NCBI GenBank assembly: GCA_024614665.1
Contig: GCA_024614665.1_4861.1
Direction: 5' to 3' (one strand)
DNA from: a phage
Length of the DNA: 64,000 bases
Shown: piece after piece, positions 57,899 to 64,000 of the stretch
How the letters are laid out: every line of letters begins with the position of its first letter
Position numbering within the stretch: position 1 is the first letter of the stretch
Notes under the pieces: model-generated
What the model was told of the DNA's origin: nothing
The model's input: only the letters and a program-made list of their open reading frames with translations
Databases searched by the model: none
Made by a program: the position numbers and the translations under genes

Positions 57899-58545
57899 CG
57901 AACGAAGAGATCCGCGCCCGTTATTTCCAGCGTGATTTGCCGATTGATCGTCACGGTAATTTCATGGAACGAATCGGTGCGCAGGATCAGGGCCGTACAG
58001 GCTTTTGCGCTCTGCTCCATTATCATCTCATCGAAGGGATGTCTGATAAAGAAGCCCTGGCACGCATGAAGCTGTATGAGATGTCGGAGATTGAAGCTAA
58101 CTTCACATTGAAACGCACGAAAGAGTTTATTGCTAATGTGCTGGAGATTGACCTCGACGAAATTCGCGGGAATCTGAAATCTACCGCACGTTACATTTAC
58201 GAAGACGTGCAGAAGATGCTGTTGGAGCTTGACCACCGCTACGAAGATGAGCGTCATGGTTATATCGAGTTTGAAGGTAGTCACTTTCAAGCCGATGAAT
58301 CGTCGCGTACCATCCTCGGTCAATACATTCAGGCAGATACCGCACCAGAATACTGGCTCGATACGCTGAATACTAAGCACAGTCCGTTTACAGTAGCCCA
58401 ATGTAAAGCGTTGCTGGCCGCTATTGTTGCACGTGACCAAGTGTTGCACTCAGCAATGGCAGATAACAAACGCCATATCCGTGAGTTAGCTGAAAAGCGC
58501 GATTACACTGGATTAAAAACATTGTCCGAATCTCTCGGCATTTAA
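57874..58545 (+). CDS. hypothetical protein in cassette (223 aa)
   Basis: GGAGGA RBS; followed by bidirectional terminator. Confidence 0.45.
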   Translation: MSVTDKSLTNEEIRARYFQRDLPIDRHGNFMERIGAQDQGRTGFCALLHYHLIEGMSDKEALARMKLYEMSEIEANFTLKRTKEFIANVLEIDLDEIRGNLKSTARYIYEDVQKMLLELDHRYEDERHGYIEFEGSHFQADESSRTILGQYIQADTAPEYWLDTLNTKHSPFTVAQCKALLAAIVARDQVLHSAMADNKRHIRELAEKRDYTGLKTLSESLGI

Positions 58546-58547
58546 GC

Positions 58548-58602
58548 AAAGAAAATAAAGGCCCTACCTCCCTTCGGGGAGGTAGGTACCTTATTTTATT
58601 TC
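58548..58602. terminator. bidirectional intrinsic terminator
   Basis: A-rich run, stem cctacctccc/gggaggtagg, T-run CCTTATTTTATTTC. Confidence 0.6.
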
Positions 58603-58625
58603 TTAGAAACTACTAAGTTGTTTTG

Positions 58626-59153
58626 TTAAACGAATCCGTCCAGTTCACCGTTGGTGGTGCTCAGGTCAGTTTTAACGATTGGCTGCGTTACAGTATAAAC
58701 TGCAGGGCTGCCAGGTCGGTATTTAATGTGGCCTGATTTCACCTTAACAGTGATGACTTTCTCACCACTGCTGCCGTCCACGCGTTTAATGATGAGTTCA
58801 GACAATGCAAACGCATCTTCCGTTTTACCGGCGGCAATTAGATCTGCGTTGACAAAAGCAAGCACTTCTTCATCGGTATCCCATTCTGCCTGGTCAGCGG
58901 TAACTGCCTTCTCACCGATGATGTCCGATAAATTGAGGCGGGTATAATGCAGCTCTTTCACGCCAGTAAAGTTAGCGGATTCCGCGGTGGCGGTGATGGT
59001 GAGATTGGTGTTGCGAGTGTCTCCAGAATCTGCTGGTGAATAGTCAGCAACAGCGCCGAATGTAACGTCAGCAGCAGTTAACGGACTAGGCAGTCCGCTG
59101 TTTGCAGCATTAAACAGCGCGACGAGTTGGTCTTTTGCAGAGATGACTGCCAT
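58626..59153 (-). CDS. hypothetical protein, possibly structural (175 aa)
   Basis: Intact ORF; Thr/Ala/Val-rich composition; function unknown. Confidence 0.45.
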   Translation of the reverse strand: MAVISAKDQLVALFNAANSGLPSPLTAADVTFGAVADYSPADSGDTRNTNLTITATAESANFTGVKELHYTRLNLSDIIGEKAVTADQAEWDTDEEVLAFVNADLIAAGKTEDAFALSELIIKRVDGSSGEKVITVKVKSGHIKYRPGSPAVYTVTQPIVKTDLSTTNGELDGFV

Positions 59154-59280
59154 GGTTGTTTCCTTATAGTAGGTTTGTGGTGCATACTAAATCGTTCTAA
59201 AAAAAATACATAGTGGGCTTAATATGACAGTAAAGTTGACTGTTAAACGAGAAAATTATTTACCACTGAAAGGATACCTT

Positions 59281-59772
59281 ATGAAACGTCTATTTATCGT
59301 ATTCGCGATTATAAACCTGTTGGCCGGTTGTGTTCAGTCGCCAAGCAACATAGGGCAATTTAGCGCCACACCGGTAAAGAATCACGACTTGGTGATTTAT
59401 ACATGCACAGGGACGCAGGAGAAGTTTGTAGACTACCGTCCGGTTCTGGACAACCTACAAATGATGCCGCGGTCAGTAACAGTATTGGATGTGGGTGCAA
59501 ACTGGGTAGCAACGTGGGACGGCGGCAAACTAGAGTCGCCGATGATGTTTAAAGACATGATCGGCAAAATCGACGGGAATGTTAACACCACCACGGGCGA
59601 GCGTTATTACCGTATTAATAAAACCGTAAACGATGGCCCCACTTATTCTTTTTCGGATGTGAACCCGCATACCGGGGAAGGTAAAGGGATGACGTTCTTT
59701 CGCTGCAATGGCGGCCTTATTGACGAAGTTCCTACCCCGATTACGATTGTTCCGTTAGAAGAAAATAAATAG
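59281..59772 (+). CDS. putative lipoprotein (about 163 aa)
   Basis: ATG with AAAGGA RBS; MKRLFIVFAIINLLAGC = signal peptide + lipobox LAGC; own terminator. Confidence 0.5.
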   Translation: MKRLFIVFAIINLLAGCVQSPSNIGQFSATPVKNHDLVIYTCTGTQEKFVDYRPVLDNLQMMPRSVTVLDVGANWVATWDGGKLESPMMFKDMIGKIDGNVNTTTGERYYRINKTVNDGPTYSFSDVNPHTGEGKGMTFFRCNGGLIDEVPTPITIVPLEENK

Positions 59773-59774
59773 TG

Positions 59775-59818
59775 CTTACCCACTCCCGTAAGGGGAGTGG
59801 GTAAGGGCTTTATTTACC
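59775..59818 (+). terminator. intrinsic terminator
   Basis: cttacccactccc-gtaa-ggggagtgggtaag then GGCTTTATTT. Confidence 0.55.
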
Positions 59819-59897
59819 CTCTAAAACGCTCTGTAACGCTCTCTAAAAGCGCTAAACGTATTAGATGATAAATTATATTACTTTTGATTAAAGTAGC

Positions 59898-60413
59898 TTA
59901 GATTTTAACTAGCTTGCTCCAATCGATGGGTTGTTGTTTTACCACTTTAACGGTACCACGCGTTGGTGACCAGAAGGTGATATCAGGCTGGTTGCGTACG
60001 TCAACATGCAGCCAGGTAATATCGCACTCGATAAAGTGAATAAACGGAAACTCGTTAGGGTTCGCGGCAATATAGTCGTGTACTTTCTGCAACGGAGTAT
60101 CAAGCATTGTTGCATCAAACGCATTACCGAATTTATGCATACTGCCTGATTCCGCGTACAGTTTGTTTGCACGAGTTTGCCAATCGCCACCCTTTGGTTT
60201 CTCTTGATTAATAAAGAACTGCAGGGTACGCAGACTACGCTGTTGCTGGGAACTGGTTAAAATCACCATCCGCCCAAAACGATTACGAATCTGTTGGAGC
60301 GAGATTAGCAGTAACGGATTAAGGAAACGAATAGCGCCTTCACCGTATTTCGCGATGTACTCCTGCGGCATCAACTCTTTTAACGCGAAGTTGGCAGGAT
60401 TCGGATGAAACAT
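59898..60413 (-). CDS. LAS-type metallopeptidase (peptidase M15-like) cell-wall hydrolase
   Basis: SMHKFGNAFD (H-x6-D) and WLHVDV motifs as in M15/VanY-type zinc peptidases. Confidence 0.5.
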   Translation of the reverse strand: MFHPNPANFALKELMPQEYIAKYGEGAIRFLNPLLLISLQQIRNRFGRMVILTSSQQQRSLRTLQFFINQEKPKGGDWQTRANKLYAESGSMHKFGNAFDATMLDTPLQKVHDYIAANPNEFPFIHFIECDITWLHVDVRNQPDITFWSPTRGTVKVVKQQPIDWSKLVKI

Positions 60414-60422
60414 TTTCTCTCC

Positions 60423-61064
60423 TTAAGGGGCAGTCAGGAACGCACGTTTGATATTCAAATACTGCACGTTTACCGGTTGCCCATTAGTGATGTCAACACG
60501 TTCGTGTTCAGGAATCGCTAACGTATGCGACGTTCTAAAGAACAGGTAGTTGCGATTATAGGACAGCGTCTTTTCTACCGGCCGACTATAAACCACCTTA
60601 GAGTTATCGTCTACATAGGACGGCCAACCAAACTCGTGAACGGCACGGTAGAAGGACTTACGAATAAAAGTGTCAACGCCTAATGCCTCCATGATGCGTA
60701 AGAACATCAGGTCAGCGAATGTTTTGTCGCAAGCACGAGATAGATTACCTTCAGCGGTGTCAGGGTAAAAGCCTACCGATGAACGTTTCTGGTAAAACAA
60801 ATCATGCACACAAGCGGCAGCAGCCCAAGGGCCATCCGGATGCAGGATAGGACGTAACGCTTCTGGAATACTTGCCAGGTCCGTTACAAATCCTTTCGGC
60901 ACCGTTACCCATAACGGAGTATCCGGATGTACACCTGATAATGCTACCATCGCATCCATTCCGGTGTGTTCACGATACAAGCTGCGCAACGTAAACTCGA
61001 AATGGAAATCATCCGTGAGAATAAACCACGGCTTCTCTAACAACTTATACTTAAGTGCTTCCAT
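60423..61064 (-). CDS. DUF1353-like protein (213 aa)
   Basis: VPKGFVTDLASIP ... CVHDLFY matches the DUF1353 FxTDxASIP...HDxxY pattern as I recall it. Confidence 0.45.
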   Translation of the reverse strand: MEALKYKLLEKPWFILTDDFHFEFTLRSLYREHTGMDAMVALSGVHPDTPLWVTVPKGFVTDLASIPEALRPILHPDGPWAAAACVHDLFYQKRSSVGFYPDTAEGNLSRACDKTFADLMFLRIMEALGVDTFIRKSFYRAVHEFGWPSYVDDNSKVVYSRPVEKTLSYNRNYLFFRTSHTLAIPEHERVDITNGQPVNVQYLNIKRAFLTAP

Positions 61065-61352
61065 ACTGGCCTCACGTCATATAACGCACGAGCATCGTGA
61101 GCGCCATCAATCCCAGTAAAATGGGTATTAAGCCTTTCGGCCAGTCGTCGTTGTCGTATTGCATGGCTTTACCCTCCGACAGAAGATCGCACGTAATAGT
61201 TTGAAGAACCCAGAATCGTAATACGTTTCCGGAACGGTTCGTACTTCAGGGAACATAGGCGGAGTTGGACGGTGGGTCATTACGTTTTCTCCTTGCGGCA
61301 AACACAAGGGCACGCCAGATAGCTTTCATTAAGGTAGCAAACCAATTCTGTT

Positions 61353-61970
61353 TCATTTGCACATCCCCAACTTAGCCGCGTAGTCTGGCATTTCCTGATA
61401 GACGCGCCCATACCAGCCGTAAGTAAACTCTTCGTTATCCTCACGCCTTTCACTGATTTCCGTGTAGTACGCTACCTGATGACAGGTTAAAGCGAACATC
61501 AGTCGATTCAGGCCCTCTTCCCCACGAGCTTTGATAAAGCCTTCTAACGCTGTTAACGTACGTGGACCAATACCGCCATCTGCTTCGATGTCGTCGTACA
61601 GTTTACCCTGACGGTTTAATACGTTCAGAATACGCTGCAGGGACTTGATACAGTTGCCACGACCTGCGTTGATGCCGAAATCAAACATCCGGTCAGCTAG
61701 CAGGACATTCATTTTCATAATCTGGTCTAAGCGCATCCGCTGCCACCAGAGCTTGTTGTAAATGTCTAACGCGGTTTCTAGGCTCAGGTCACGCATATCC
61801 CCTTTATAGCCATATTCACGCGCCGTGAGTTCGGTGACACCACGGTTCGTTGCTTTACCCAAATCTTTCGGGTTATTAACGTAACCGGCTTCGATGTTTA
61901 CTTTGGCACGAATAATGCCCTCTTTACTCCAACGATCGACCACGATAACCTCCTGAGTTGATAGGGTCAT
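61353..61970 (-). CDS. endolysin-like: GH108-type muramidase with PG_binding_3-like C-terminal domain
   Basis: IEAGYVNNPKDLGKATNRGVT resembles GH108 EGGYVNDP...GIT; DGGIGPRTLTAL resembles peptidoglycan-binding motif; start at internal ATG (MTLSTQ), since the longer track ORF runs through a terminator hairpin. Confidence 0.55.
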   Translation of the reverse strand: MTLSTQEVIVVDRWSKEGIIRAKVNIEAGYVNNPKDLGKATNRGVTELTAREYGYKGDMRDLSLETALDIYNKLWWQRMRLDQIMKMNVLLADRMFDFGINAGRGNCIKSLQRILNVLNRQGKLYDDIEADGGIGPRTLTALEGFIKARGEEGLNRLMFALTCHQVAYYTEISERREDNEEFTYGWYGRVYQEMPDYAAKLGMCK

Positions 61971-62002
61971 AAAAAGAAAGCCTCTTCCCCGTGGGGAAGA
62001 GG
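61971..62002 (-). terminator. intrinsic terminator abutting endolysin start
   Basis: cctcttcc/ggaagagg stem followed on minus strand by CTTTCTTTTT then ATG. Confidence 0.45.
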
Positions 62003-62048
62003 GCATGGGTTATCCTCAGGCTTTAACCCCGTCAAGTTCCTCGTTAAA

Positions 62049-63998
62049 TTATGATAACGATTTCTTTGGCCGCTCCCACGGTTTAGGGGCGGATTTGGTA
62101 TACGGATTACATTCCATCATCTTGCCGAGATACGCATCGTAATACACGAAGCGATCGACATAGAACCTCTCCACCGGTGCACTACTGGTAGCCGATTTCA
62201 CCCGGTTGCGTTCCACAGCGAGGTTAATCGTCCCGGTAGGCGCGGGTTTTAGCGTGAACATCACCGCACGGTTGTAACGCCAAGTGTCGTGCACAATATC
62301 AAACTCCGATACACTGTGTGCCATGATACCAAACAATGTGGTGCTCGGTAAATTGGCTACAGCATCACCGTATGGTGTTCCCACCAAACCGCCGGGTAAG
62401 TTTTGCTTTTTGAACAGCGTACCTGAAATAATCGTACCTAAGAACTCCACAACTACAGGCTTGGTTGGGTCGGTGACTTTATCTATCCCATCCGCACTGG
62501 CCAATCTGTTGGCATCTAAATCTGCGAGGTAGTCGAGGAACTCTTGGTACTCGTCGGTGACATTCGGTTTCACCGTTCCGACGGATACCCAGTTGACGAT
62601 ACTTTTATTCCCACCGACAGCTTCGCCTGCCATCCCAGGGCGAGTCCATGACATCCCGTCTTCACGACCGTAGACATAGACTGGCGAGCCGGTAGCCGGG
62701 GTGTTCCATTGCTCGAACGCTGTATATCGTCCCGGCTGGCCCCAATCCCCACCCGGACCGCCATAGTAGCGACTCTGGTAGCCGGTAAATTGTGCGACGA
62801 CTAACTGGGTAGCACCGCCTTTGTCACGGGACCCAGCTAAGCCGTTACGGTTATTGGTGCCACTGGGTACCGCCGCGCCTGGCCCGAGTGGCGCACCACC
62901 AGCTCCACCGATCTTGGTGGTGCTAAACGCATAGTAGTCGCCCCCACCCCCACCACCGGCGATGGTGCCGTAGTTTTCGATGGTGACTTTGCCACGGAAG
63001 GTATCGCTAATGTGGATTGCGTCAGCTCCGTCCGCTGATGTGTTCGCAGGCAGTGAATAGACCATGCCCGAACCACCGCGACCAAGAATGGTTCCCCGGT
63101 TAACGAAGTTCCAAACCACCTCGCCAATTTGCGGCAATTCATCGATAACGAACGTCGGTTTCAGGTTGCTGTCGCGATAAACGAAAGCCCCCGCATCTAC
63201 GGTCACGTTAACAAACAAACGCCCGCACGCCGCATGGTTGGTCAACGTCGTGGCCCAGTAGCTGTCCGAAACTTGCGACGTAGTTGTGTAGTTCAGGTTA
63301 AGGGTTTGCTCGTTATCTTGATAGCGTGCCACATTCAACGTGGCGTTGCCCATGACTTTGTACGAACCCTCTACGGGTGCCAATTGCACTTGTCTTGGCC
63401 ACTCGCCTTCCAGGTTCTCTACAGGAGCAATTTCGTTTACATCAAAAACACCCCGAATGCCGAGTGTCTCGATGGCCAGAGCATCGTGCAGGCTACCGGT
63501 GAAATCATCCGGGACGTATGTGGTTTTGCCTGCATATGTCTCGAGTTTGTTACGTGAGAAGAACACATACTTCGTTCCAAACATCCCGCTCCCCGGTCTA
63601 GCGGTCAAAGCTACGACGCTGTTATACGCAGAGGTTTGGCCTATATCCTCCGGGGACATCGGGGCACTGACATCGACTTTATCAAGATCCACGATCCGTT
63701 TGGTTGCATTAGAGTAGAAGTTAATCCACTGCTGTTTATTCGCAGCCTTTAGCGTGAGAATGATGTTGGTAACAGTGTAGACGGTGTTGATATCCACGTC
63801 ACCGTTTATCACATCTAGCGTTTGGCTGCCGTACCAGATAAGACTTGTCTGTTTCGCCTGGAACGTGATGCGCGCAGCATTGTTTGTCCAAGTGATGGGC
63901 AGGTCTTCAAAGTCGTCGGTTAAAAAGGTAATCCCTAGTAGAGTGTCTAAATGCGGCAACAGTTCGTGGATGGACGCACAAGTGGGAATGGCATCCAA
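62049..63998 (-). CDS. structural (tail/fibre-like) protein with Gly-rich segments, N-terminus possibly beyond window end
   Basis: Long ORF reaching window edge; Gly-rich stretches (GTIAGGGGGGDYY, GGAGGAPLGPG); function inferred only from composition and context. Confidence 0.45.
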   Translation of the reverse strand: MDAIPTCASIHELLPHLDTLLGITFLTDDFEDLPITWTNNAARITFQAKQTSLIWYGSQTLDVINGDVDINTVYTVTNIILTLKAANKQQWINFYSNATKRIVDLDKVDVSAPMSPEDIGQTSAYNSVVALTARPGSGMFGTKYVFFSRNKLETYAGKTTYVPDDFTGSLHDALAIETLGIRGVFDVNEIAPVENLEGEWPRQVQLAPVEGSYKVMGNATLNVARYQDNEQTLNLNYTTTSQVSDSYWATTLTNHAACGRLFVNVTVDAGAFVYRDSNLKPTFVIDELPQIGEVVWNFVNRGTILGRGGSGMVYSLPANTSADGADAIHISDTFRGKVTIENYGTIAGGGGGGDYYAFSTTKIGGAGGAPLGPGAAVPSGTNNRNGLAGSRDKGGATQLVVAQFTGYQSRYYGGPGGDWGQPGRYTAFEQWNTPATGSPVYVYGREDGMSWTRPGMAGEAVGGNKSIVNWVSVGTVKPNVTDEYQEFLDYLADLDANRLASADGIDKVTDPTKPVVVEFLGTIISGTLFKKQNLPGGLVGTPYGDAVANLPSTTLFGIMAHSVSEFDIVHDTWRYNRAVMFTLKPAPTGTINLAVERNRVKSATSSAPVERFYVDRFVYYDAYLGKMMECNPYTKSAPKPWERPKKSLS

Positions 63999-64000
63999 CT

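Noticed and set aside
61128-61313. 61-aa minus-strand ORF and a 36-aa neighbour between endolysin and DUF1353 gene as holin/spanin
   Set aside because: The 61-aa ORF lacks a clear TM helix or lipobox; only the 30-aa ORF at 61072-61164 is clearly hydrophobic, so a holin/spanin assignment is not supportable.
1-64000. tRNA, rRNA or other structured RNA genes
   Set aside because: No region with recognisable tRNA cloverleaf features was found in the intergenic spaces, which are short and mostly occupied by terminator hairpins; cannot fully exclude without a dedicated scan.

Overview
Gene-dense 64 kb segment of what is almost certainly a large virulent tailed dsDNA phage of a Gram-negative (enterobacteria-like) host: about 90% coding, short gene overlaps, many hairpin+T-run terminators. 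1-35.8 kb is a minus-strand block of mostly small unknown early/middle genes, interspersed with a RecA/UvsX-like ATPase, an RNase H-domain protein, a DEDDh exonuclease, an SbcC/Rad50-like ATPase, a TARG1/DarG-like macrodomain, an SLT-like transglycosylase and a run of four signal-peptide proteins. 35.9-53.1 kb is a plus-strand structural module dominated by four very large fibre-like proteins (about 1234, 1380, 1727 and 400 aa) sharing a conserved N-terminal domain. Directly downstream (53.17-58.55 kb) is the most unusual feature: three tandem genes for leader + Cys-rich-core peptides (about 20 Cys at Cxxx spacing in the two long ones), followed by two radical SAM enzymes (one with a SPASM-like C-terminal Cys cluster) and unknown ORFs, i.e. 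a RiPP-like maturation cassette in a phage late region. 58.6-64 kb holds cell-wall hydrolases (GH108-like endolysin, LAS/M15-like peptidase, DUF1353) and further structural genes. No rRNA, tRNA or CRISPR array was recognised. All functional calls come from motif-level reading of the translations and DNA; nothing was verified by database search, so family names are recalled knowledge and hypotheses.
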